Below, in pieces: positions 56,426-64,000 of a stretch of DNA of 64,000 bases. The first letter of the stretch is position 1. Each line of letters starts with the position of its first letter. The position numbers and the translations under genes were made by a program. Below the pieces are notes generated by a model. It worked only from the letters and a program-made list of their open reading frames with translations. It was not told the origin of the DNA and ran no database searches. The stretch is from a virus, in IMG/VR virus record IMGVR_UViG_3300036790_000317, positions 1 through 64,000 of that record; one strand, given 5' to 3'.

Positions 56426-57568
56426 ATGCCTCCTCCGTTCGTGGCAACCGTCCCGGCTCCGATGACATGGGGCACCGGGACCATCGTCAAGGCACCGTAC
56501 CTGAGGCACGATGTCACGAATGCGGTCGGGTTCCTGGCACAGCGCCCCTTCTTTATCGGAAAGGTTGCCACCGCCACGGCATGGCCGAACGGCACAGACG
56601 CCGCGATGGCTCTTACCCAGGAAGTTACAGATACCTGGAACGGCCACAACCCGCTTATTAACACCGCCCAGTATTTCGCCCAGGCTCCCGGATGGTACCT
56701 GAGCCAGGTAACGGTCCCGTACAGCTACACCGGCACGACGCCCGTGCTCTTCACCGCCGGCTTCAACTTCACGTATAACGGCGTGTCAACCGGGCCTGTC
56801 CGCGGGCCCGTGACAATCGGCGGGGTCGGTACCTTCCACAACTATGCCGTCCGGGTATGGGACCTGATCCCGCAGATCCGCACCGGAGCGATCGGAAGCG
56901 CAGATTACATCCAGTTTACGACCGGGCAGTTCAGCACCGGTGCGCTTAGCTTTATCTTCAACCCGCAGCAGTATGCCTACGCGTCTGTCCGGTGGGTGGC
57001 AGCACTGTCCGGCACGGCGACACTTCCCGTCCCGGCCAACGCTACCTGGCCGGTCCCGCCTTCGATCGTCACGTCCACGTTCATGAACACAAATGTAAGA
57101 GACACGATCAACTTCCTGACGTACCCGCCGGTTTGCAAGGCTAATTATGTCGCGGGTGCCGCGGCCTTGATCAACCAGACCTTCCCGGCAGCGCAGGCCA
57201 TCGAGCTGAATAACGTCGTCGTGGACAACTATGGCGGGTTTACAACCGGCACAGCCGCCTTTTACACCACACCAAGAACTGGGAACTACTTCTGCTACGG
57301 CCAGGTAAACCTGGCTGCCACCACGGCAACCACGAACTACTGTGCCGGGTTCAGCATTGCCGGGGGTACCACCCAGTGGGGGGATTCTCTCCGTGTCACG
57401 GGTTCTGCTGATGCTACCGGCGCCGGGATGTGCGTGGCTAAGAGGCTGCGTCTGACATCCGGGCAGACGATCCAGCTCATGGCGAGCCAGAACTCCGGCG
57501 CGTCGGTCAACTACGCTGCCAACGCGGTTGACGAGACGCGCATGATTGTCGTCTGGGAAGGCAGTTAA
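56426..57568 (+). CDS. minor tail protein
   Basis: two internal repeats (DVTNAVGFL, NVRDTINFL). Confidence 0.7.
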   Translation: MPPPFVATVPAPMTWGTGTIVKAPYLRHDVTNAVGFLAQRPFFIGKVATATAWPNGTDAAMALTQEVTDTWNGHNPLINTAQYFAQAPGWYLSQVTVPYSYTGTTPVLFTAGFNFTYNGVSTGPVRGPVTIGGVGTFHNYAVRVWDLIPQIRTGAIGSADYIQFTTGQFSTGALSFIFNPQQYAYASVRWVAALSGTATLPVPANATWPVPPSIVTSTFMNTNVRDTINFLTYPPVCKANYVAGAAALINQTFPAAQAIELNNVVVDNYGGFTTGTAAFYTTPRTGNYFCYGQVNLAATTATTNYCAGFSIAGGTTQWGDSLRVTGSADATGAGMCVAKRLRLTSGQTIQLMASQNSGASVNYAANAVDETRMIVVWEGS

Positions 57569-58128
57569 TGACCGGTACCCCGCCGGCGATCCCGAACTTC
57601 GCGGCCGGGTACGGGCCTCTTCCGGCAGACATGAACACGCTGATCCAGACCCCGTTCATCTTCCTTACAACGAAGATCATGTTCCGGGCGCAGCTCCAGG
57701 CTGCGACGGCACTCACATCAGGAACAGCGACGCTCATTCCGTTCGGCACCACGGCCGGTGATATCCTGGAAGATCCCTACGCCGGCTGGTCGAACACGAC
57801 AACGGGCAGCCAGGCTGCGCGCAGCTGGCTGTGCCCTGCCGGGTGCACCGGATGGTACGAGATCACGATGACGGCTTTTACCGCTAACCCGGCCATCACG
57901 GACGATCTCATGGTCGCGGAGATATGGCTTGACGGCGCGGAATTCCAGATCACAACGAGCCAGATAGGAGCTAATGGGCACGGAGCCGGCTGCTGTGGCA
58001 GCGCCCAGGTCCAGCTCATCGGCGGCGTAGATTATGTCCAGATGTATCTCTTGCAGGAAGCAAGCATCAACACCGGGAGCACGAACGGGCAGTATTGCAC
58101 GATGGAAATCGCCTGGGTTAGTTCCTGA
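57568..58128 (+). CDS. minor tail protein
   Basis: resembles one repeat of the upstream gene. Confidence 0.65.
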   Translation: MTGTPPAIPNFAAGYGPLPADMNTLIQTPFIFLTTKIMFRAQLQAATALTSGTATLIPFGTTAGDILEDPYAGWSNTTTGSQAARSWLCPAGCTGWYEITMTAFTANPAITDDLMVAEIWLDGAEFQITTSQIGANGHGAGCCGSAQVQLIGGVDYVQMYLLQEASINTGSTNGQYCTMEIAWVSS

Positions 58129-58156
58129 TGTGCAGCGCCTGGCCTGGGAGGCCGTC

Positions 58157-58603
58157 ATGTTTGAGCACGATGTCCACCCGCATACCGCGATCATGCTCAA
58201 CGGCGGGGCACCCGGGCCGGTCAAGACCGGCGATATGCACGACACCAGGAACCGGCTTGAGCAGTTCAATGCCCGGCTTGCGGTACGTATTACCCGTGTT
58301 GTCGGCTCGATGTGGTGCGCGTATGCCTTCGGGCTATTCGATCTCATCAGCTTGCCTGAGGCTGTTCACGGCGGCATTGCCACGACCATCGCGTGGATTG
58401 CGCAGACGTTCCTGCAGCTGGTGCTGCTGTCTATCATCATGGTCGGGCAGGACGTGCAGGCAAGAGCCTCGGACGCGAGGTCTGAGCAGACCTACAGAGA
58501 CGCCGAAGCTATCTTGCATGAGTGCCTCCAGCTTCAAGCTCACCTGCAGGCGCAGGATGAAACGCTCACTAACCTGATCCTGGCGCACTCACACGAGAAG
58601 TAG
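58157..58603 (+). CDS. DUF1003-like membrane protein
   Basis: ITRVVGSMW...WIAQTFLQLVLLSIIMVGQ. Confidence 0.65.
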   Translation: MFEHDVHPHTAIMLNGGAPGPVKTGDMHDTRNRLEQFNARLAVRITRVVGSMWCAYAFGLFDLISLPEAVHGGIATTIAWIAQTFLQLVLLSIIMVGQDVQARASDARSEQTYRDAEAILHECLQLQAHLQAQDETLTNLILAHSHEK

Positions 58604-58616
58604 GCAGGCATATGCC

Positions 58617-59015
58617 GTGGGCTTTTTCCAGGAGCTGTTCGGGTGGCCTAGCGGGGCTGAGTGGGCAGACATCACGGCAGATCTTATCTCGGCTGCCATC
58701 GGCGGACTGGTCGTGTTCATCATCCGAGATCACCTGATCCGCAGGTTCCTGCGGCTCTGGGAGAAGCATTCTCTTCCGAGTACCGGAGCAGACATGTCAT
58801 CTCTCATCGAGCATGCCAGGGAGTCCATTCACGAAAAGCTCGACGACCTGCATGGCAAGGTCACGAGCATGCAGGAAGAATTCGGTAACGGCTTCCTGCA
58901 AGGACTACAGGACAAGATAGAGATGATGGAGTCGAAGCTGGGTATAGCTGACGATGAAGATCCTGCTCCGGTCTTCGCTATCGTGGCAGACGAGGAAGAG
59001 CCCCCGCCGGAGTAA
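58617..59015 (+). CDS. single-TM membrane protein
   Basis: TM plus acidic coiled tail. Confidence 0.55.
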   Translation: MGFFQELFGWPSGAEWADITADLISAAIGGLVVFIIRDHLIRRFLRLWEKHSLPSTGADMSSLIEHARESIHEKLDDLHGKVTSMQEEFGNGFLQGLQDKIEMMESKLGIADDEDPAPVFAIVADEEEPPPE

Positions 59016-59032
59016 CTGGCGGGGGCTTTTTT
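58999..59032 (+). terminator. intrinsic terminator of the late operon
   Basis: AGCCCCCGCCGG-AGTAA-CTGGCGGGGGCT then T-run. Confidence 0.85.
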
Positions 59033-59033
59033 C

Positions 59034-59321
59034 TTATTCTTCACCCAGGGGGATGTCGATGTACCGGATGTCTTCCTTGTCAGCGTTGCGCCAGATCCAC
59101 TCCATTACATTCGTGATCAGCAAGCAGTTGTCACCGTGGTGCAGCCAGGCCAGGCACCCCGGGCAGTCCACCAGGGATTCGTTCTCCGGCTGTTCGTAGA
59201 TCGAGACCATCGGCTCAGCCGTCTCTGCATCACAAGCAGCAAGAGGAACAGACCAGTTCTCGCGGCCTTCTGTTTTCCAGTTACGGTTCCAGCGGTAAGC
59301 GCGGATTAGATGAGTCGTCAT
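59034..59321 (-). CDS. hypothetical protein
   Basis: GGAG RBS; H...C...CPGC. Confidence 0.55.
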   Translation of the reverse strand: MTTHLIRAYRWNRNWKTEGRENWSVPLAACDAETAEPMVSIYEQPENESLVDCPGCLAWLHHGDNCLLITNVMEWIWRNADKEDIRYIDIPLGEE

Positions 59322-59330
59322 GATGCTCCA

Positions 59331-59371
59331 TAAAAATGACGGGCCGGGGAGTAGCCTTCCCCGGCCCGCCG
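59331..59371 (-). terminator. intrinsic terminator downstream of the tRNA-mimic RNAs
   Basis: GC stem GGGCCGGGGA/TCCCCGGCCC followed by ATTTTT on the minus strand. Confidence 0.75.
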
Positions 59372-59435
59372 TTGCAGTTACCTTGTAATTTAGGTGTTCA
59401 AAACCTAAGTAGGTGTATGCGCTGCTACATGGTTC

Positions 59436-59572
59436 CGCTGGCGACGTTTAATCCCGGCTGTCATTCATGAAGCCTGGCGCTCTGCCCCTTGAGCTACGGG
59501 CCGTCGTAGCCGACCCGGCCGGTTTCGAACCGGCAACCTCCATTGCCTTGCACCCGGGAAGGGGATCCAGCG
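59436..59572 (-). ncRNA. circularly permuted tRNA-mimic (YrlA/Y RNA-like), copy 2
   Basis: T arm GCCGG-UUCGAAA-CCGGC, loop-closed acceptor CGGGUCG/CGGCCCG, D arm UAGCUCAAGGGGCAGAGC, ends pair CGCUGG/CCAGCG. Confidence 0.75.
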
Positions 59573-59578
59573 TACAGC

Positions 59579-59726
59579 AGCAAGCTAAGCCTGCGAGCGA
59601 GAATCTCAGCCTCAGGGCCGGTGCTCTGTCCTTTGAGCTACCCCTGCATGCGCGCAGGGGCCAGGAATCGAACCTGGATCTTCCGCTTCGCCCCGTGAGC
59701 CTTAATCTCAGTCTCAGTCTGTTGCT
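59579..59726 (-). ncRNA. circularly permuted tRNA-mimic (YrlA/Y RNA-like), copy 1
   Basis: T arm CCAGG-UUCGAUU-CCUGG, loop-closed acceptor CCCCUGC/GCAGGGG, D arm UAGCUCAAAGGACAGAGC, ends pair AGCAA/UUGCU. Confidence 0.75.
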
Positions 59727-59739
59727 CGTGTCTATTGTA

Positions 59740-60483
59740 CTAGGCAAGCAGCCAGTCAAAAACCGGCTTGCCCGCTGTCTTCAGCGTGACCGGATGGGTG
59801 TTTGCTTCCTCACGAGCAGCACGAACCGCCGCAATCAGCTTCACGGCCCGGTCTTCCAGCTCGCGCTTCCGTTCCGGGCTGATCGCACCGGATAGCTGGA
59901 CCTGGGTCCAGTCACCAATCTTTTCGTCCTTGAACATGACATCGACCTGGGCGTCTTGCTTGAATGCCGGGTCTGACGGAGCCCACTTGACGTGGTTGAA
60001 CGGCGTCTTCTCGGTCTTCTTCCGGGTGACCGGGTCTGTGGCATGCAGGCCCTTGTCCTTGTCAAAGTGCCAGTCATCCTTGGTGTTATACACCGGCAGC
60101 GCCCGGATGAGCGTGCCGATGTGAATGGCTTGCTTTTCCAGCCGCAGCAGGTTCGTGACCGGGACACCCGTGAGGATCGTCGTGCCATCGATCACGAGAT
60201 CGGCCTTGGCCTCGGCATTGGCCGAGTCCTGGGTTAGCTCGGCATCGAGCAGGTCGCTCATCGCCTTACGGGCGCTGGCAAGGAGTTCCTGTACCCGGAG
60301 CTGGACCTTCTTGCCCTCGGCCGGAAGCTGCTCGCCTTCGTCATCAAGTGGCTGGTACGTCCGGATCTGGCCGTCGAACAGGTCCGTCTTCTGAGCAGCC
60401 TGGTATGCTGCGGTAAACCTGCGGTTTTCCTCGGCCTTGATGCCTTCGATCATGGCATTGAACTGGTGAAGCTGCTGCGCCAT
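59740..60483 (-). CDS. conserved helical protein (recalled as DUF7873-like, unverified) upstream of the tRNA-mimic RNAs
   Basis: 247 aa; RTYQPLDDEGEQLP, LEKQ, SGA, AREEAN; GGAAGG RBS before MAQQLHQ. Confidence 0.75.
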   Translation of the reverse strand: MAQQLHQFNAMIEGIKAEENRRFTAAYQAAQKTDLFDGQIRTYQPLDDEGEQLPAEGKKVQLRVQELLASARKAMSDLLDAELTQDSANAEAKADLVIDGTTILTGVPVTNLLRLEKQAIHIGTLIRALPVYNTKDDWHFDKDKGLHATDPVTRKKTEKTPFNHVKWAPSDPAFKQDAQVDVMFKDEKIGDWTQVQLSGAISPERKRELEDRAVKLIAAVRAAREEANTHPVTLKTAGKPVFDWLLA

Positions 60484-60566
60484 CTTCTTTTTCCTTCCTT
60501 CCGCTGGATGATCATTGTTGTAATGGCTGTCATTGTTGTAATAGCTGTCACCACGAGGCTGGCAAG

Positions 60567-60637
60567 AGGCACGCCTGAGAGTCGAACTCAGCCTTGTAGC
60601 TTTGCAGGCCACACCCCGCACCGGCGAGACGCGCACC
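60567..60637 (-). tRNA. tRNA-Cys(GCA)
   Basis: loop CUGCAAA; U73; atypical D arm. Confidence 0.75.
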
Positions 60638-60640
60638 ATG

Positions 60641-60889
60641 TCATATCAGGTCTACGCCAGGAAAATATAGCATGTGTCCTCTTGAACTGCTATCGCTTAT
60701 CCGGGCTACGTGCGCTAGCTCATTCCAGCGTCTGGTTCCGATAACCTTAGCTAGAGCCGTAGCAATCTGCACGATATCACTGGACTGCTTATACATGATG
60801 CCCGGGGACCCGGACTTGTGCACGGCGAGTTCTGCGGCAATTCCTGATTGATCCAAGGCGAGCAGGACTTCTTCTCTGTCAAGACGCAT
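60641..60889 (-). CDS. hypothetical protein
   Basis: MRLDREE...LYFPGVDLI. Confidence 0.5.
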   Translation of the reverse strand: MRLDREEVLLALDQSGIAAELAVHKSGSPGIMYKQSSDIVQIATALAKVIGTRRWNELAHVARISDSSSRGHMLYFPGVDLI

Positions 60890-61079
60890 GCTATTACTTC
60901 CGTGGGAACGTGAGGCTCGTCCTGAGCGCCGCTGGCGTGCCGTGCCTGTGTTGCGCTCGTGCTGCGCGCTTGCAATGGTGCTGTGGCTGGCAATCACACC
61001 CTGGCAGCATGAGCTATATGGCTGGCAAGCAGGAGATGGCGGCATGGCCATGATGGCAGTCATTACTATGATGGTGGCG

Positions 61080-61152
61080 TGCACCGGGCGGGAGTCGAAC
61101 CCGCGGCTGCCCGCTTAGGAGGCGGGCGCTCTGTCCTCTGAGCTACCGGCGC
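61080..61152 (-). tRNA. tRNA-Arg(CCT)
   Basis: cloverleaf; loop CUCCUAA. Confidence 0.9.
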
Positions 61153-61312
61153 GTGGCTTAGCTTTCCCGCCGAGAAAACTAGCTCCCCGGTTAGCATGAC
61201 GAAACTTGTGCTCTGCGCGTCGGCGCTGGGCAGGCGTCAGCCTGCGGATGCCGTCAGCGTTTTTGATTTTCAGGTGCCTGGTATAGAGATCTAGCCGATG
61301 TTCGTTCGTCAT
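61115..61312 (-). CDS. small basic protein
   Basis: RRLTPAQRRR; 3' end overlaps tRNA-Arg. Confidence 0.4.
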   Translation of the reverse strand: MTNEHRLDLYTRHLKIKNADGIRRLTPAQRRRAEHKFRHANRGASFLGGKAKPRAGSSEDRAPAS

Positions 61313-61535
61313 TCCTGGCAGCTTTCTTCTCAGGGAAGAGATCTAGCAGGATGTCATAGAGCCGCTGCTCTTCCGGGCTGGATACCGCGTACACACGTTC
61401 TTCGGAAACATTCATCGTCCAGGCGATGACGCCGATGGTGCCGTGGCGCACAGCACGTGCGTATTCGCTGATAGCTGACCGGACGCTTTCGGCCAGCTGC
61501 TTGTCCGTTATATTCCGTACCTGTCCTTCTGCCAT
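61254..61535 (-). CDS. hypothetical protein
   Basis: starts immediately after tRNA-Arg(CCG). Confidence 0.45.
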   Translation of the reverse strand: MAEGQVRNITDKQLAESVRSAISEYARAVRHGTIGVIAWTMNVSEERVYAVSSPEEQRLYDILLDLFPEKKAARNDERTSARSLYQAPENQKR

Positions 61536-61536
61536 G

Positions 61537-61609
61537 CGCCTCATGCAGGATTCGAACCTGCGGCCTCGTGCTCCGGAAGCACGCGCGCTCTCCGCTGCGC
61601 CAATGAGGC
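61537..61609 (-). tRNA. tRNA-Arg(CCG)
   Basis: cloverleaf; loop UUCCGGA. Confidence 0.9.
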
Positions 61610-61669
61610 AAGCATCTTCAATAGCATGGTGGTTGACATCACTGAGATGGCTGATGGTGGTGGAAGTGG

Positions 61670-61752
61670 TGGTGGTGGAGGAGGGATTCGAACCCCCAGT
61701 GCCGAAGCTACGACTTTACAGGCCGCTGAGCAGCCAGTTGCTCAACTCCACC
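61670..61752 (-). tRNA. tRNA-Tyr(GTA)
   Basis: loop CUGUAAA; variable arm; encoded CCA. Confidence 0.88.
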
Positions 61753-61756
61753 TCGG

Positions 61757-61830
61757 GGTGAATGAAGGGAATCGAACCCTCAACGACCGGGTCCACAACC
61801 CAGCGCTCTGCCAGTTGAGCTACATTCACC
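61757..61830 (-). tRNA. tRNA-His(GTG)
   Basis: G-1/C73; loop UUGUGGA. Confidence 0.92.
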
Positions 61831-61831
61831 G

Positions 61832-61903
61832 TGCGCGAAGAAGGACTCGAACCTTCGGCCTGCCGGATGTGAACCGGCTGCTCTCCCGCTGAGCTACTCA
61901 CGC
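61832..61903 (-). tRNA. tRNA-Val(CAC)
   Basis: loop UUCACAU. Confidence 0.9.
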
Positions 61904-61904
61904 G

Positions 61905-61977
61905 CGCTCCCGGAGGGACTCGAACCCCCACCCTCCTGATCCGTAATCAGGCGCTCTGTCCGTTGGGCTACAGGAGC
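61905..61977 (-). tRNA. tRNA-Arg(ACG)
   Basis: loop UUACGGA. Confidence 0.9.
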
Positions 61978-62019
61978 ATGATCATCATCTTGCTGGCAAT
62001 CAAAGCAATGATGGCAGTG

Positions 62020-62091
62020 TGGGCAGTGAAGGAATCGAACCTTCGGCCACCGGCTTGTCGAGCCGGTGCTCTCCCACTGAGCTAACCGCCC
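62020..62091 (-). tRNA. tRNA-Val(GAC)
   Basis: loop UCGACAA (C33). Confidence 0.85.
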
Positions 62092-62137
62092 GTAATTAAG
62101 CAGTCCGGTAGTGGTTAGCATGTGAATCGTAGCTACG

Positions 62138-62211
62138 CGGCCCCTACCGGGATCGAACCGGCGACCCCCGCCTTGACAGGGCGGTGCTCTAACCAGCTGA
62201 GCTAAGAGACC
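62138..62211 (-). tRNA. tRNA-Asp(GTC)
   Basis: loop CUGUCAA. Confidence 0.92.
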
Positions 62212-62295
62212 TTGTGCTTACCGTGTGCCACGTACGCTTATTGGCTGTTCCCGTGGCCCCGCAAGCTCTACCTGTCGATTCTGGCAAGCAGGATG

Positions 62296-62367
62296 CTCCC
62301 CCGGCTGGACTCGAACCAGCAACCCTGCGGTTAACAGCCGCTCACTCTGCCATTGAGCTACAGGGGA
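62296..62367 (-). tRNA. tRNA-Asn(GTT)
   Basis: loop CUGUUAA. Confidence 0.9.
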
Positions 62368-62416
62368 ACGTAGAGATCAGGATCATGATGGCAGTCAAAA
62401 GATTCCTGGCTATTAG

Positions 62417-62490
62417 TAGCGGAGGGTGGATTTGAACCACCAATCTGTGGATTATGAGCCCACCGGGATACCGAATTTCCCTACTCCGCG
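62417..62490 (-). tRNA. tRNA-Met(CAT), initiator-like
   Basis: C1:U72 mismatch; GGG in anticodon stem; loop CUCAUAA. Confidence 0.85.
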
Positions 62491-62614
62491 ACGCATGCTG
62501 TTTTCATTACTAACTATATGCTGTGGAACCCGATGACGCAACCACAACGACCAGATAAGTAGTTAAAGATCACGTCACCGGGCGGCACTAGGGCGGGCGA
62601 GCCCTAGTGCGCTG

Positions 62615-62686
62615 TACCTCCACGGGGACTCGAACCCCGTTCCGAGGATTGAAGGTCCTCGATCCTAACCTATGGACGATGGAGGC
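62615..62686 (-). tRNA. tRNA-Glu(TTC)
   Basis: loop CCUUCAA (C33). Confidence 0.85.
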
Positions 62687-62786
62687 ATAAGCAGGTGCTC
62701 ATGACCGGTGCTAGCAACCCTCATGAACTTGCCCGGGACTCTTACCACTCGACACCCGGGTCCTCAGGCTGCCTGCTACAGCCCCG

Positions 62787-62859
62787 TGCCCCGTACCGGA
62801 ATCGAACCGGTGATTTCCTGACTGAGAATCAGGCGTCATAACCGCTAGACTAACAGGGC
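62787..62859 (-). tRNA. tRNA-Glu(CTC)
   Basis: loop UUCUCAG. Confidence 0.9.
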
Positions 62860-62937
62860 TGGTGATTCCCGGGTGCTATCGGGGGGAACCGGAGAACGCC
62901 ACGTAGCTGAACCACGGGGGCCTGCACCCGGAAATCG

Positions 62938-63010
62938 TGCGTCACGCCGGGATCGAACCGGCGGCCATCCGCTTAGAAGGCGGGGCTCTGTCCAGCTGAG
63001 CTAGTGACGC
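62938..63010 (-). tRNA. tRNA-Arg(TCT)
   Basis: loop CUUCUAA. Confidence 0.88.
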
Positions 63011-63017
63011 ATGAGGT

Positions 63018-63182
63018 TTACAGCTTCGCTGCCAGCAGCCCGAGGACCCGGGCAACTTCTTTGGTAACGAGATTTTGCGCAGCTTCTTGGTCCTGCGGGC
63101 TTTCGATATCCGTGATGAGGTCTTCGATAGCAGCCTTGACCTTCTTGGCGAGAAGTGACTGGAGCGTTTCCAGCAAATCCAT
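63018..63182 (-). CDS. small helical protein (54 aa)
   Basis: not in ORF track; GGAGG RBS; MDLLETLQSLLAKKVKAAIEDL... Confidence 0.6.
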   Translation of the reverse strand: MDLLETLQSLLAKKVKAAIEDLITDIESPQDQEAAQNLVTKEVARVLGLLAAKL

Positions 63183-63203
63183 GTATCCTCCACCGTTCGG
63201 CTG

Positions 63204-63274
63204 TGCCCCGCCAAGGAATCGAACCCTGACCCACCGGGTAAAAACCGGCTACGCTGCCATTACGCCACCGAGGC
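63204..63274 (-). tRNA. tRNA-Lys(TTT)
   Basis: loop UUUUUAC; G7:G66 mismatch. Confidence 0.78.
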
Positions 63275-63278
63275 CCCG

Positions 63279-63351
63279 TGACGAGAGATGGACTCGAACC
63301 ACCGCCCTGCGAGTTATGGGCCCGCTGCTCTGCCTCCTGAGCTATCTCGTC
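63279..63351 (-). tRNA. tRNA-Met/Ile2(CAT), elongator type
   Basis: G1:C72; loop CCCAUAA (C33). Confidence 0.85.
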
Positions 63352-63362
63352 ATAACAGCATA

Positions 63363-63740
63363 CTATGTCATCGTTACCACTGCGCCAGCAGCCTTGAAGA
63401 TTTTCTCAGCAGCCTCAGCTTTTTCTTTCGGCACCCTTTCCAGTATCTTGACCGGTGCCGCCTCGGCCAGGTCCTTGGACTCCTTCAAGCCGAGGCCGGT
63501 GAGAACCCGGATCTCCTTGATGACCTGGATTTTCTTATCACCTGCTGATTCTAGCATGATCGTAAACTCGGTCTGCTCATCAGCAGGCTCTTCGGGTGGC
63601 ACTATCACATCGGTGATGGCTGGCAGCGGCACGTCGGCTGTGACATCAAACTTGTCCTCGAACATCTTGCGGAACTCCGCAAGCTCAGAAAGCCGCATGT
63701 TCTCGAACGTGCTCAGCAGAGTATCCAGGTTAACGTCCAT
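63363..63740 (-). CDS. rplL: 50S ribosomal protein bL12 (L7/L12)
   Basis: ELAEFRKMFEDKFDV; KKIQVIKEIRVLTGLGLKESKDLAEAAP. Confidence 0.93.
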   Translation of the reverse strand: MDVNLDTLLSTFENMRLSELAEFRKMFEDKFDVTADVPLPAITDVIVPPEEPADEQTEFTIMLESAGDKKIQVIKEIRVLTGLGLKESKDLAEAAPVKILERVPKEKAEAAEKIFKAAGAVVTMT

Positions 63741-63761
63741 CGTTTTCCTTCCTTACGGAGG

Positions 63762-63836
63762 TGGGCAAGGGAGGATTTGAACCTCCGGTCTACCGCGTAT
63801 CAGACGGTTGCTCTGACCAGGCTGAGCTACCTGCCC
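63762..63836 (-). tRNA. tRNA-Ile(GAT)
   Basis: loop CUGAUAC. Confidence 0.9.
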
Positions 63837-64000
63837 GTCATGTGCCTTTCACGTTAGTCTATGACCGGCAAGCCATGCAGAAAACGCTCAACATCTGAGC
63901 GGTAGGTAACTATCCCGTGAGGAGATCCCGGATGAGAGTTATCTACGTACCGCATGAGGCCGTGGTCATAAAGCTGGCCGGTGCAAGAACTAACCGTCTG

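Noticed and set aside
15746-58128. Many long antisense or alternate-frame ORFs in the track
   Set aside because: They are shadows of high-GC coding genes, Arg/Pro/Ala-rich and without RBS or motifs.
59436-59726. Functional permuted or split tRNA genes
   Set aside because: Neither RNA has an anticodon loop and the acceptor ends are joined by a loop, so a tRNA mimic fits better. ORFs 59448..59759 and 59467..59895 are treated as shadows.
60484-60639. N-terminal extension of ORF 59740..60639
   Set aside because: It overlaps tRNA-Cys and an 18-bp tandem repeat; a good RBS precedes the ATG at 60483.
62690-62776. Hammerhead or theta/HDV-like ribozyme
   Set aside because: CUGAGGA is present, but the GAAA and UH core positions are missing and no HDV pseudoknot could be built.
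1-64000. Integrase, repressor or prophage boundaries
   Set aside because: No recombinase motif and no host chromosomal block; def and rplL are embedded among phage genes.

Overview
This window is a 64-kb piece of a high-GC tailed phage genome, probably a siphovirus of Actinomycetota. No integrase or tail sheath is visible. From left to right: (1) 1-11.5 kb, small minus-strand 'early/accessory' genes with repeated promoter-like motifs, purine-rich leaders, long inverted repeats and an AT-richer non-coding block; (2) 13-59 kb, a plus-strand late operon with a muralytic enzyme, membrane proteins, terminase, an intein-containing portal with a ParB-like tail, a NUDIX/MuF head protein, protease-scaffold, a major capsid with an inserted Ig-like domain, many decoration or fibre proteins, an embedded sugar-modification and glycosyltransferase set, tail tube, a frameshifted tail chaperone, tape measure and minor tail proteins, plus antisense peptide deformylase and NDP-sugar dehydrogenase genes; (3) 59-64 kb, a minus-strand translation-support island with 17 tRNAs and ribosomal bL12. 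The top candidate for a new system is in this island: a 247-aa helical protein gene directly followed by two tandem circularly permuted tRNA-mimic (YrlA/Y-RNA-like) RNAs and a terminator, with no Ro60 gene in the window. All calls come from reading motifs by eye; no searches were run.
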